Assembly (NCBI GenBank): GCA_934561515.1
Contig: CAKTGM010000002.1
Coordinates: 45,384-109,383, forward strand
From: an uncultured Oscillospiraceae bacterium
GTDB taxonomy: Bacteria > Bacillota > Clostridia > Oscillospirales > Oscillospiraceae
Direction: 5' to 3'
DNA length: 64,000 bases
Part shown: positions 49,627-59,443 of the stretch, one piece after another
How positions within the stretch are numbered: the first letter of the stretch is position 1
Layout: each line of letters starts with the position of its first letter
Program-made: the position numbers and the translations under genes
Notes under the pieces: model-generated
Told to the model about the DNA's origin: nothing
Database searches by the model: none
The model's input: only the letters and a program-made list of their open reading frames with translations

Positions 49627-49824
49627 ATGCCCAAGCTGAAAACCCACAGCGGTGCCAAAAAGAGATTTAACCTGACCAAGACCGGCAAGGTCAAGGTCGC
49701 CAAGGCTTTCAAGAGCCACATCCTGACCAAGAAGCCCACCAAGCGTACCCGTCGTCTGCGTCAGGGCGGCTATGCTGACAAGACCACTGCCAGCACGGTT
49801 CGCAAGATGATCCCCTACAAATAA
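49627..49824 (+). CDS. rpmI: 50S ribosomal protein L35
   Basis: [14 protein letters not shown] is canonical L35; AAGGAGA SD. Confidence 0.95.
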   Translation: MPKLKTHSGAKKRFNLTKTGKVKVAKAFKSHILTKKPTKRTRRLRQGGYADKTTASTVRKMIPYK

Positions 49825-49859
49825 TCTGATAACGATACGCTTTAAGGAGGCTTTACAAT

Positions 49860-50210
49860 ATGGCACGTGTTAAAGGCGCGATGATGACGCGCAAGAGAAG
49901 AAACAAGACCCTCAAGCTCGCCAAGGGCTACTGGGGCAACAAATCCCGTCACTTCAAGATGGCCAACGAGCAGGTCATGAAGTCCCTGACCTACGCTTAC
50001 GTCGGCCGCCGTCTGAAGAAGAGAGACTTCCGCTCCCTGTGGATCACCCGTATCTCCGCAGCCTGCAAGCTCAACGGCATGAACTACTCCACGTTCATGC
50101 ACGGCCTGAAGACCGCCGGCATCGAGATCAACCGCAAGATGCTCAGCGAGATGGCCATCAACGATCCCGTCGCTTTCACCAAGCTCGTCGAGGTCGCCAA
50201 GAACGCCTGA
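49860..50210 (+). CDS. rplT: 50S ribosomal protein L20
   Basis: [26 protein letters not shown] is canonical L20; AAGGAGG SD; terminator 50225-50259. Confidence 0.95.
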   Translation: MARVKGAMMTRKRRNKTLKLAKGYWGNKSRHFKMANEQVMKSLTYAYVGRRLKKRDFRSLWITRISAACKLNGMNYSTFMHGLKTAGIEINRKMLSEMAINDPVAFTKLVEVAKNA

Positions 50211-50272
50211 TCGAATCGGCTTACAAAAACGCCGCTGCTTAGAGCAGCGGCGTTTTTTGCGTCCTGCGTCGT

Positions 50273-51208
50273 TTACGGGAAGAGAAAGGGCAGCGCGGGC
50301 AGGGCGAAAAGAAGCGAGAGCAGGGCCTGCACGGCCTTGCCGCGCAGGTAATACCTGCCGTGCAGCGGCGAGGCGCTCAGCACGCCGAGCGTCTGGCAGT
50401 GGACGCTCAGCCCGCCCCAGGCAAGGAGCGCGGCGCAGGCGAGAAAGCCCGCGGGGGTGTTCGGCAGCGCCATGACGCCGCTCGTCAGCTCGAAAAAGCC
50501 GATGAGCAGCGCGCAGGGGAGCGATGCGCGGAAGGGGGTCGGCAGCGCGCAGAGCAGAAGGCGCATAAAGACCTGAAAGGCGACAACGAAGGCGCAGACA
50601 TTCAAAATCCCTGTGAGCGCGCCCTGCACCGCGGCGGGAAGGGCGGCGGAGAGGGAGACAGGGCTGCGCCGCTTTGCCGCCTGAAACGCCTCGGCGCGCG
50701 GGGGAGGCAGGCGGCGCGTGAGCAGCATCCCCGTGAAGAGCGCCGAGGCGGTGTGGATGAGATAGAGCGCCGCGCCCGCGCGCGGCGAGGAAAAGACCGC
50801 CCCGCCGCAGATGCCCAGCAGGAAGCCCGGCCCTGCATTGTTGCAGAAGGCGAGCAGACGCTCGCCCTCCTCGCGCGAAAGCGCGCCGCTTTCCGTCAGC
50901 GCGGCGGCGGTGCGCGCGCCGACGGGATAGCCGCCGCAAAGCCCCAGCCCCAGCGCCGCCGCCCCCGTGCCGGAAAGGCCGAAGAGCGGGCGCATCAGCG
51001 GCGCAAGCAGATGGGAGAGCGCATCCGCCGCGCCGCAGGAGACGAGCAGCGAAGAGAGCACGAAGAAGGGAAAGAGCGAGGGGACGACCGTCTGCGCGCA
51101 CAGCGCGAGCGCATCACGCGCGGCCTGCATACCGACGTCCGGCAGGAAAAGCAGCGATAGAAGGCAAAAAACCAGCGCCGACAGCGCTGCAAGCGTGCGA
51201 AAGAACAT
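50273..51208 (-). CDS. ylbJ: Sporulation integral membrane protein YlbJ (nucleoside-recognition/Gate-domain family)
   Basis: Polytopic membrane protein with Gate-domain-like repeats; start trimmed to MFFRTLAAL with a GGGAGGGG SD; shares bidirectional terminator 50225-50259. Confidence 0.65.
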   Translation of the reverse strand: MFFRTLAALSALVFCLLSLLFLPDVGMQAARDALALCAQTVVPSLFPFFVLSSLLVSCGAADALSHLLAPLMRPLFGLSGTGAAALGLGLCGGYPVGARTAAALTESGALSREEGERLLAFCNNAGPGFLLGICGGAVFSSPRAGAALYLIHTASALFTGMLLTRRLPPPRAEAFQAAKRRSPVSLSAALPAAVQGALTGILNVCAFVVAFQVFMRLLLCALPTPFRASLPCALLIGFFELTSGVMALPNTPAGFLACAALLAWGGLSVHCQTLGVLSASPLHGRYYLRGKAVQALLSLLFALPALPFLFP

Positions 51209-51320
51209 TCCCATCCCCTCCCGAAAGAGCCTATGCGCGAGGGAAGACAAACTTGCCGCCGCGCGGACAGGCAAGCCGGGGCGCAAGGGCGCATAGGGTG
51301 TTGCCGAAGGGGAGATGAAG

Positions 51321-51605
51321 ATGGAACGAAACGAACGCTCCCGCCGCGCCATGACGCGCGCGGCAGAGCTATTTGACCTCCCGGCAGACATCGTGGCGGG
51401 GCTGTGCCATCTGGAGCTGCTCGGCGACCGCCAGCTTTTTCTCGAGGGGCACGGGGGGATCTTATCCTACGGCCCGGAGCAGATCGACGTGAGCGCGGGC
51501 GCGCTCATCCTGCGCGTGAGCGGCGAAGAGCTGACGCTTTGCAGCATGACGGACGCGGAGGTGCGCATTTCCGGCAGGATCGACAAGGTGGAGTATGTGA
51601 GATGA
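51321..51605 (+). CDS. yqfC: Sporulation protein YqfC
   Basis: YqfC family pattern (LPADIV..L.H.EL.G...L.LEGH.GILSY); immediately precedes yqfD as in Bacillus; an alternative ATG at 51315. Confidence 0.75.
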   Translation: MERNERSRRAMTRAAELFDLPADIVAGLCHLELLGDRQLFLEGHGGILSYGPEQIDVSAGALILRVSGEELTLCSMTDAEVRISGRIDKVEYVR

Positions 51606-51612
51606 GGGCAAT

Positions 51613-52824
51613 ATGCTGAGTAAAACGGTCAAGCTGCTGCGCGGCAGCGTGCGCGTGCACGCGCAGAGCGTCTACCCCGAGCGGGTGCTGAATCTGTGCT
51701 CGGCGCGGGGCATTGAATTCTGGGGCCTTGAATGGCGCGGCGCAACGGCGCTTTCCTTCTGCCTTGCGCGCAGAGACCTGCGCGCGCTGCGGCGGGCGGC
51801 AGAAAAGATCGGCGCGGAGATCACGGTGGAGCGCAGGGAGGGCGCACCATTTTTCCTCGCGCGCTTTCGCCGCCGCTACGCCCTGCTCGCAGGCGGAGCG
51901 CTGTGCCTTGCGCTGCTGGTCTTAAACTCGTTTTTCATCTGGGACTTTGAGGTGACGGGCAATGAGACCGTGCCGGCGGAGACCATCCTGCGCGCGCTGC
52001 GCGAGCAGGGCGTGCACCGCGGGACCTTTGCCTATTCCTTTCGCTCGCAGGACATCTGCAACCGCGTGCTGCCGGAGCTGAACGACCTCTGCTGGCTCGC
52101 GGTCAATGTGCGCGGGTGCAGGGCCTATGTGCAGGTGCGCGAGCGCGTGCGCGCGCCCGAGCGGGTGAACGAGAGCGCGCCGACGAATGTCGTGGCCGCA
52201 AAAGCGGGGCTTGTGACGGTGGTGCGCGCGCTCGACGGGGAGAAAAAGGTCCTGCCCGGCACGAGCGTGCAGGAGGGTCAGCTTCTCATCGCGGGCGTGG
52301 TGGAAACGGGCGGCGCGGAAAAGCCGAGCGTCGCGACGCGCTTTTTGGCAGGAAAAGGCGAGGTCTGGGCGCGAACGTGGTACGATCTGAGCGTGCGCGT
52401 GCCGCTCACCTATGCGCAAAAGACCTACACCGGCGGCCAAAAACACGCCTATGCGCTCCTTTGGGGCGAAAATCGGCTGAAACTTGGCAGAAATGGGAGT
52501 AGCATTTGTCATAGCGATTGTGATAAAATAAAGAATCAAACACCGTGGTCGCTCTTCGGCATCGTTTCGCTCCCCGTGACATGGGAGACGGAGACCTATC
52601 TCCCCTACGAGACGGCGGTTGTCGCGCGCTCGCGCGCGGAGGCAGAGACGATCGGCGCGGCGGTGCTCAAAGCGCAGCTCGCCGCCCTTTTGGGAAAGGA
52701 CGGCAGTGTGACAAGCGAGCGCCTTGCCTCGGCCGTGCAGGGGGATACGCTGCTCGTGACGCTCAGCGCGGAATGCAAGGAGCAGATCGGGCGGGAAGTG
52801 CCCATTGCGATCAACGAAGGATAG
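51613..52824 (+). CDS. yqfD: Stage IV sporulation protein YqfD
   Basis: YqfD family (N-terminal domain, one TM, C-terminal domain); yqfC-yqfD-phoH synteny. Confidence 0.8.
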   Translation: MLSKTVKLLRGSVRVHAQSVYPERVLNLCSARGIEFWGLEWRGATALSFCLARRDLRALRRAAEKIGAEITVERREGAPFFLARFRRRYALLAGGALCLALLVLNSFFIWDFEVTGNETVPAETILRALREQGVHRGTFAYSFRSQDICNRVLPELNDLCWLAVNVRGCRAYVQVRERVRAPERVNESAPTNVVAAKAGLVTVVRALDGEKKVLPGTSVQEGQLLIAGVVETGGAEKPSVATRFLAGKGEVWARTWYDLSVRVPLTYAQKTYTGGQKHAYALLWGENRLKLGRNGSSICHSDCDKIKNQTPWSLFGIVSLPVTWETETYLPYETAVVARSRAEAETIGAAVLKAQLAALLGKDGSVTSERLASAVQGDTLLVTLSAECKEQIGREVPIAINEG

Positions 52825-52849
52825 CATTTTTTTCAGGAGGAAACACAGC

Positions 52850-53821
52850 ATGGAACAGCGCATCAGCATCGAGCGCATGGAGCAGGCGGTCAATTTGTTC
52901 GGCTCGTTCGACGAGAACGTGCGCCTGATCGAATCGGAATTCAAGGTCACGGTGTCGAACCGAGAGGGGGAGCTGCGCGTGAACGGCGAGGTCGAGGATA
53001 CGATGCTTGCCTGCAAGGCGCTGCAAGCACTGCTGACGATCTCGAACCGCGGCGAGCCCATCACCGAGCAGAACGTGCGCTATGTGATCTCGCTCGTGCG
53101 CGCGGGGCAGGAGGAGCGCATCAGCGAGCTGACGCAGGACGTTATCTGCATCAGCTCCAAGGGCCGCCCCATCAAGCCCAAGACCATCGGACAAAAGCGC
53201 TACATCGAGTCCGTTTTGAAAAATACCATCACCATCGGCGTCGGCCCCGCGGGTACGGGCAAGACCTACCTCGCCGTTGCCGCGGCGGTCGCGGCCTTCC
53301 GCGAGCGCAAGGTGAACCGCATCATCTTGACGCGCCCCGCGGTCGAGGCAGGCGAGCGCCTCGGCTTTTTGCCGGGCGACTTGCAGAGCAAGGTCGACCC
53401 GTATCTGCGCCCGCTCTATGACGCGCTCTTCGATATGCTCGGCGCGGAAACGTACCAGAAGTATTTAGAGCGCGGCAACATCGAGGTCGCGCCCCTTGCC
53501 TATATGCGCGGCCGCACGCTGGACGACAGCTTCATCATCCTCGACGAGGCGCAGAACACCTCCTGCGAGCAGATGAAAATGTTCCTGACGCGCATGGGCT
53601 TCAACTCGAAAATGGTCATCACCGGCGACGTGACGCAGATCGACCTGCCGGCGGACAAGATGAGCGGACTCAAGCAGGCCGTGCGCGTGCTCAAAAATGT
53701 CGAGGGCGTCGGCATCTGCGAGCTGACCGATCAGGACGTGGTGCGTCATGTGATGGTGCAGCGCATCATCAAGGCCTACGCGGACTACGAGAGCGAACGA
53801 AACGAAAAGAGGAAAAAGTGA
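52850..53821 (+). CDS. phoH: PhoH-like ATPase
   Basis: Walker A GPAGTGKTYLAVA and Walker B ILDEAQN; start trimmed to MEQRISIE with an AGGAGG SD. Confidence 0.9.
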   Translation: MEQRISIERMEQAVNLFGSFDENVRLIESEFKVTVSNREGELRVNGEVEDTMLACKALQALLTISNRGEPITEQNVRYVISLVRAGQEERISELTQDVICISSKGRPIKPKTIGQKRYIESVLKNTITIGVGPAGTGKTYLAVAAAVAAFRERKVNRIILTRPAVEAGERLGFLPGDLQSKVDPYLRPLYDALFDMLGAETYQKYLERGNIEVAPLAYMRGRTLDDSFIILDEAQNTSCEQMKMFLTRMGFNSKMVITGDVTQIDLPADKMSGLKQAVRVLKNVEGVGICELTDQDVVRHVMVQRIIKAYADYESERNEKRKK

Positions 53822-54315
53822 TGGCAAAGAGACATTATATCCCCATTACGGCGGAAAATGTGCCCGATGTGAGCAGCAGCAAGCGCGCCTTTATCCGCAA
53901 GGTCATCCGCACGGCGCTCACCGCCGAGGGCGTGGATTTTCCCTGCGAGATCGACGTGGAGCTGACGGACGATGAGACCATCCACGAGATCAACCGTGAG
54001 ATGCGCGAGGTCGACCGCGCGACGGACGTTTTGAGCTTCCCGATGTTTGAGCTTTTGCCCGGAGAGCTGCCGGATACGGAGGACGCCGACCCCGGCACGG
54101 GTCTCGTGCCGCTCGGCGACATGGTCATCTCGCTCGAGCACGTCGCCGCGCAGGCAAAGGAGTACGGCCATTCCAACCGCCGTGAGCTTGCCTACCTTGT
54201 GACGCACTCGGTGCTGCACCTGCTGGGCTACGACCATCTGGACGAGGGCCCCATGAAGAAACAGATGCGCGAGCACGAAGAGCGCATCATGAAGCTTCTT
54301 GCGCTCGAACGATAA
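53818..54315 (+). CDS. ybeY: Endoribonuclease YbeY
   Basis: H..HS.LHLLGYDH zinc motif; ATGA overlap with phoH. Confidence 0.9.
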   Translation: MMAKRHYIPITAENVPDVSSSKRAFIRKVIRTALTAEGVDFPCEIDVELTDDETIHEINREMREVDRATDVLSFPMFELLPGELPDTEDADPGTGLVPLGDMVISLEHVAAQAKEYGHSNRRELAYLVTHSVLHLLGYDHLDEGPMKKQMREHEERIMKLLALER

Positions 54316-54396
54316 AAAAGTAAAACGGGACAGCCCTGCGCTGTCCTTACAATAAAACAATGTTCAACGAACAAAGAAAGTTGAGGATCACCTGTC

Positions 54397-55293
54397 ATGA
54401 ACAAAACGAAGATCGCCATGATCACCGTCTGCGGACGGCCGAACGTCGGCAAGTCCAGCCTGACCAACGCCCTTGTGGGCGAGAAGATCGCCATCGTCTC
54501 CAACAAGCCCCAGACCACGCGCAACCGCATCTACGGCGTGGTGAACCGCGATGATACGCAGTATGTGCTGCTTGATACGCCGGGCTTTCACAAGGCGCGC
54601 AACCGCCTTGGCGACTATATGGTGAAGGTAACGCGCGAGTCCATCACGGACGTGGACGCGGTGCTGCTGCTCGTCGAGCCCGTGCCGCACGTCGGTATCC
54701 CTGAAGCGGAGCTCATTGAAAAGATCAAGGCCTCGCACCTGCCGGCCATTCTTTGCATCAACAAGATCGACACCATCGAGCGCAAGGACGACCTGCTTGC
54801 CGTCATCGCGGCCTACAGCGAGGCCTATCCCTTCGACGCCATCATCCCCATCTCCGCGCGCACGCACGAGGGGCTGGAGGAGCTGATGAGCGAGCTTTCG
54901 AAGTACGCCGCCGAAGGCCCCCAGCTTTTCCCCGACGGCATGACGACCGACCAGCCCGACCGTCAGGTCGTGGGCGAGATCGTGCGCGAGAAGCTGCTGC
55001 GCAACCTCGATAAGGAGATCCCGCACGGCACGGCCGTCGAGATCACGCGCTTCATCGAGCGCGACGACGAGGTCATCGAGGTCGACGCGACCATCTACTG
55101 CGAAAAGGCAAGCCACAAGGGCATCATCATCGGCAAAAACGGCGCGATGCTCAAAAAGATCTCGACCGAGGCGCGTCAGGACATCGAGCGCTTCATGGGC
55201 ACGAAGGTCTACCTCGAAACCTGGGTCAAGGTCAAGGAAAACTGGCGCGATAACATGAATTATATCCGCTCATTCGGCTACGACGAGCAGTAA
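54397..55293 (+). CDS. era: GTPase Era
   Basis: G1 GRPNVGKSSL, G3 DTPG, G4 NKID, and a C-terminal KH domain. Confidence 0.95.
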   Translation: MNKTKIAMITVCGRPNVGKSSLTNALVGEKIAIVSNKPQTTRNRIYGVVNRDDTQYVLLDTPGFHKARNRLGDYMVKVTRESITDVDAVLLLVEPVPHVGIPEAELIEKIKASHLPAILCINKIDTIERKDDLLAVIAAYSEAYPFDAIIPISARTHEGLEELMSELSKYAAEGPQLFPDGMTTDQPDRQVVGEIVREKLLRNLDKEIPHGTAVEITRFIERDDEVIEVDATIYCEKASHKGIIIGKNGAMLKKISTEARQDIERFMGTKVYLETWVKVKENWRDNMNYIRSFGYDEQ

Positions 55294-55446
55294 AAAACGC
55301 GGAAGAACCGATACGCCGGTTTTCCTGCGCGCGCCAGCGGGCCGCCGCGCGTGCGGCGTCATTCGGAGCAAAAGCGGAGAATGCCATAGGGCGGATTCAT
55401 TCCGCCCGTCAATGGAACGATGGGTTCCCGCGCGGCCTGCCGCAAG

Positions 55447-55503
55447 GGACAAACTGGCGCGATAACATGAACTATATCAGAAGCTTCGGCTACGACGAGC
55501 AGT
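55447..55503 (+). pseudogene. Duplicated 3' terminal fragment of era (encodes NWRDNMNYIRSFGYDEQ*), not linked to a start codon
   Basis: 52-57 nt are near-identical to 55237-55293 and differ only at synonymous positions (AAT/AAC, CGC/AGA, TCA/AGC); separated from the live copy by a 153-bp insert. Confidence 0.6.
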
Positions 55504-55725
55504 AAAAAATTTTCCCAGCCATATTGCCGGCGCCTTTCCTCATGCTAAGCATGAGGTGAGGGCAGTGGAAGAAGGATATCTGGCGCTTTTTATGCAGACC
55601 GGGCAGCCGCTATTTTATCTCATGGCGGCGGAAAGCCGATCCTGCGAGAAATGAACGCTGTTCCCCGCGCGCGGGGAGCAGCGCTTCGCGCCGCCGCGAG
55701 CAGAGAAAGGACGTGCTGCGCAGCT

Positions 55726-56481
55726 ATGGAAAAAATCGTCATAAAGGGCATCGTCCTTCGCGCAACGGCGACGAAGGAGGCCGACTACATCCTCAACATC
55801 CTGACCGACACCCTCGGGCGGATCGCGGTCGTTGCGCGCGGCGCACGGCGCAAGGGAAGCCGCGTCGCGGCAAGCTGCGAGCTGCTGGCCTTCTCCGAGC
55901 TGACGCTCTATCAGCGCGGGGGCTGGTACTATCTCGACGAAGCGTCGACGATCTCGCTCTTTGCCGGTCTGCGGCAGGACATTGAGCTTTTGTCGCTTGC
56001 GTCGTATTTTGCCGAAATGACCGAGTACGTCACAGCAGAGGAAGAGCCTGCGCCGGAAGTTCTGTCGCTGCTGCTCAATTCCCTCTACGCACTCGATACG
56101 CTGCAAAAGCCGCAGAGCATCGTCAAGGCGGCCTTCGAGCTCAAGCTCCTCGCGCTCTCGGGCTACGAGCCGCTGCTCGACGGCTGCGCCGTCTGCGGCA
56201 CGCACAACCCAAAGGAGCCGGTGTTCGACGCGCAGCAGGGTGTGCTCTTATGCAGGGAGTGCGCAGCGCACGGCGGGGCGGGACTGCTGCCGCTGGACGC
56301 AGGCTCGTTCGCCGCGATGCGCCATGTGCTCTTTGCAGAGCCCAAGCGGATGCTCTCGTTTTCCCTCTCGGGGGAGACGGAGAAGCGCTTTACCGCCGCC
56401 TGCGAGGTCTTTGCACAGGTGCAGCTCGACCGGCGATTCAAGACGCTGGACTTCTATAAAAGCATCAAAACTGTCAACTAA
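55726..56481 (+). CDS. recO: DNA repair protein RecO
   Basis: N-terminal OB fold and a C-terminal zinc motif CAVCG...CREC; era-recO synteny; start trimmed to MEKIVIKG (weak SD). Confidence 0.8.
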   Translation: MEKIVIKGIVLRATATKEADYILNILTDTLGRIAVVARGARRKGSRVAASCELLAFSELTLYQRGGWYYLDEASTISLFAGLRQDIELLSLASYFAEMTEYVTAEEEPAPEVLSLLLNSLYALDTLQKPQSIVKAAFELKLLALSGYEPLLDGCAVCGTHNPKEPVFDAQQGVLLCRECAAHGGAGLLPLDAGSFAAMRHVLFAEPKRMLSFSLSGETEKRFTAACEVFAQVQLDRRFKTLDFYKSIKTVN

Positions 56482-56535
56482 ACGTATAAACTGTCGAAAT
56501 CATTACGAATCGGAATCAAAATTTCGGAGAAAACT

Positions 56536-58917
56536 ATGAGTGAACTGTTTGAAAAATCCATTCGCGTGCTGGAGCTGCCGCGCCTTTTGGAGCGGCTGGA
56601 GCGCCATGCCGTGAGCGCCGACGCCAAGGCCCGCGCGCGGCGGCTCACACCCTCAGACGACTTTGGCGAGGTGAACCGCCTGCTCGACGAGACGGACGCT
56701 GCGCGCAAGATGATCGCCCTGCGCGGCAGCCCGTCGTTCGGCGGCGTGAGACCTGTGGCGGAGGCGCTGGGCCGCGCCGAGCGCGACGGTATGCTCAACA
56801 CGCGCGAGCTTTTGGACATTGCGGCGCTCCTGACGAACGTGCGCCGCGTGAAGGACTATTACCGCGAGGACGAAGAGGGAACGGTCATCGACAAGCTCTT
56901 CCTCTCGCTGCATCCCAACCGTTTTTTGGAGGAGAAGATCACGACCGCCATCCTCGATGAGAACGAGATCGCGGACAATGCCTCGCCCGAGCTTGCCGAG
57001 ATCCGCCGCCACAAGCGCGCGGCGGCGGCCAGAGGCCGCCAGATCCTGCAGCGCATCATTTCTTCGCCGAGCTATCGCAACGTCTTGCAGGATGCGCTCA
57101 TCACGCAGCGCGGCGGGCGCTTCGTCGTGCCGGTGAAGGCCGAGTGCCGCGCGGAGCTGCCGGGACTGGTGCACGACACATCCTCGAGCGGCGCGACGAT
57201 CTTCGTCGAGCCGATGGGCGTGGTGCAGGCCAACAACGAGCTCAAGGAGCTGGAGGCGAAGGAGGAAAAGGAGATCGACCGCATCCTCTACGCCCTCTCC
57301 GGCGAGGCGGCGAGCTTCAGCCGCGATATCCTGTGGGATTACGACATCCTCGTGCACCTTGACCTCATCTTCGCGCGCGGCGAGCTGAGCTACGAGATGA
57401 ACGCCATGCGCCCGGAGATCAAAAAGGACGGCAGCGTTTATCTGCGCCATGCGCGCCACCCGCTGCTCGACCCGGCGAAGGCCGTGCCCATCGACATTGA
57501 GCTGGGCCGGAGCTTTGATACGCTCGTCATCACCGGCCCCAACACCGGCGGCAAGACGGTGAGCCTCAAGACGCTGGGCCTTCTCTGCCTGATGGCGCAG
57601 TGCGGGCTGCACATCCCCTGCGACGACCGCAGCGCCGTCAGCGTTTTCACGGCCGTCCTTGCCGACATCGGCGATGAGCAGAGCATCGAGCAGAGCCTTT
57701 CGACCTTCTCGGCGCACATGAAGAACATCGTGCAGATCTTAGACGAGGCCGACGGCCAGAGCCTCATCCTCTTCGATGAGCTGGGCGCGGGCACCGACCC
57801 GGTCGAGGGCGCGGCGCTTGCCATCGCCATCATCGAGCAGGCGAGAAACTGCGGGGCGAAGATCGCCGCGACGACGCACTACGCCGAGCTCAAGACCTAC
57901 GCCATGACGAGCGCGGGCGTGGAGAACGCGAGCTGTGAATTCGACGTGGAGACCCTCTGCCCGACCTATAAGCTGCTCATCGGCATCCCCGGCAAGTCGA
58001 ACGCCTTTGCCATCTCCAAGCGCCTCGGCCTTGCCGAGAGCGTCATCGAAAAGGCCAAGGCGCAGATGGACAGCGAGAGCCTGCGCTTTGAGGACGTGCT
58101 GACGCAGCTGGAGCAGAAGAGGCAGCAGCTCGAAAAGGAAAAGGCAGAGGTCGACCGCCTCTATGCCCAGCGCGAGGAGGACGCGCGAAAGGCGCGCGAA
58201 TTCCGCACGCAGATGGAAAGGGCGAAGGAGAACGCCCGCAGCCGCGGCGAGGCCGAGGCCAAGCGCCTGCTTGCCGAGGCAAAGTCCGCTGCGGACGAGA
58301 CCTTCCGCGAGCTGGACGCGCTGCGCAAGCAGCAGAAAAAGCTCGACGCCCAGCAGATGAACGCCCAGCGCGCCGGGATCATGCACAACATCAAGGAGGC
58401 GCGCGAGGCAGTGGGCCTTCGCGACGAGAGCGCCGAGCCCATCCCCAAGCCCTCGCGCCCCATTCAGGCCGGCGACCTTGTCGAGATCCCCGGCACGAAG
58501 CGCCAGGCCGAGGTCGTGGCCGTCAAGGGCGACAGCCTGACGCTCAAGGCGGGCGTTTTGCAGATGAAGGTCAAAGCGGACGAGGTGCGCCTCATCGAAG
58601 AGGCCGAGCGCGCGGCAACGGCGAGAAAGCAGCCGCAGTTTGCCCCCTCGCAGCGCATCCTGCGCACGGCGAGCGCAGCGCGTGAGCTTGACATCCGCGG
58701 CATGGAGACGCTGGAGGCTGAGAGCGTGCTCGATAACTACATCGACGCCGCCGTGATGGCCCATCTTGAAACGGTGACCATCATCCACGGCAAGGGAACA
58801 GGCGCGCTGCGCAAGGCGGTGCACGCCTCTCTCCGGCGCAACAAGGCCGTGAAAAGCTTCCGCCTCGGCAACTACGGCGAGGGCGAGTCGGGCGTAACTG
58901 TGGTCGAGTTGAAGTAA
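56536..58917 (+). CDS. mutS2: Endonuclease MutS2
   Basis: MutS domain with Walker A GPNTGGKT and a C-terminal Smr domain. Confidence 0.95.
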   Translation: MSELFEKSIRVLELPRLLERLERHAVSADAKARARRLTPSDDFGEVNRLLDETDAARKMIALRGSPSFGGVRPVAEALGRAERDGMLNTRELLDIAALLTNVRRVKDYYREDEEGTVIDKLFLSLHPNRFLEEKITTAILDENEIADNASPELAEIRRHKRAAAARGRQILQRIISSPSYRNVLQDALITQRGGRFVVPVKAECRAELPGLVHDTSSSGATIFVEPMGVVQANNELKELEAKEEKEIDRILYALSGEAASFSRDILWDYDILVHLDLIFARGELSYEMNAMRPEIKKDGSVYLRHARHPLLDPAKAVPIDIELGRSFDTLVITGPNTGGKTVSLKTLGLLCLMAQCGLHIPCDDRSAVSVFTAVLADIGDEQSIEQSLSTFSAHMKNIVQILDEADGQSLILFDELGAGTDPVEGAALAIAIIEQARNCGAKIAATTHYAELKTYAMTSAGVENASCEFDVETLCPTYKLLIGIPGKSNAFAISKRLGLAESVIEKAKAQMDSESLRFEDVLTQLEQKRQQLEKEKAEVDRLYAQREEDARKAREFRTQMERAKENARSRGEAEAKRLLAEAKSAADETFRELDALRKQQKKLDAQQMNAQRAGIMHNIKEAREAVGLRDESAEPIPKPSRPIQAGDLVEIPGTKRQAEVVAVKGDSLTLKAGVLQMKVKADEVRLIEEAERAATARKQPQFAPSQRILRTASAARELDIRGMETLEAESVLDNYIDAAVMAHLETVTIIHGKGTGALRKAVHASLRRNKAVKSFRLGNYGEGESGVTVVELK

Positions 58918-59058
58918 ACAGCCGCCCGGGAAAGCGTTTTGTCTGTGTTTATTGCCAAATCCGCGACATTTCGCGAAAAATGACATTGACGAATGGCGGG
59001 GCAATGGTATATGATACGGTATAGTCCGAAAGATTTTTTGGAGAGGGAGAAAGTAACG

Positions 59059-59322
59059 ATGTATACTCAGAATGTTACGATCAACAATGAGGTAGGCCTG
59101 CACGCACGTCCCGCCACGTTCTTCATTCAGAAAGCCAATGAGTTCAAGAGCGGCATCTGGCTGGAGAAGGACGAGCGCCGTGTGAACGCCAAGAGCCTGC
59201 TGGGCGTGCTGTCCCTCGGGATCGTGAAGGGCACGACCATCACGCTGCTGGCCGACGGCGCGGACGAAAAGGAAGCCGTGACCGCTCTGTGCGAGCTGGT
59301 TTCCAGCAATTTCGGCGAATAA
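59059..59322 (+). CDS. ptsH: Phosphocarrier protein HPr
   Basis: Active-site motif GLHARPA (His15) and regulatory Ser46 (NAKSLLGV); start trimmed to MYTQNV with a GGAGAGGGAGA SD; terminator 59336-59368. Confidence 0.85.
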   Translation: MYTQNVTINNEVGLHARPATFFIQKANEFKSGIWLEKDERRVNAKSLLGVLSLGIVKGTTITLLADGADEKEAVTALCELVSSNFGE

Positions 59323-59443
59323 AAGACAAACAGGAAAGGCGGCTTCGCAAAGAAGCCGCCTTTTTCCATCTTTCATACCGATTCCGACACGATATATTAT
59401 ATAGTATCATGGAACGACACACAGCCGGAAAGGAGGGACAGAC

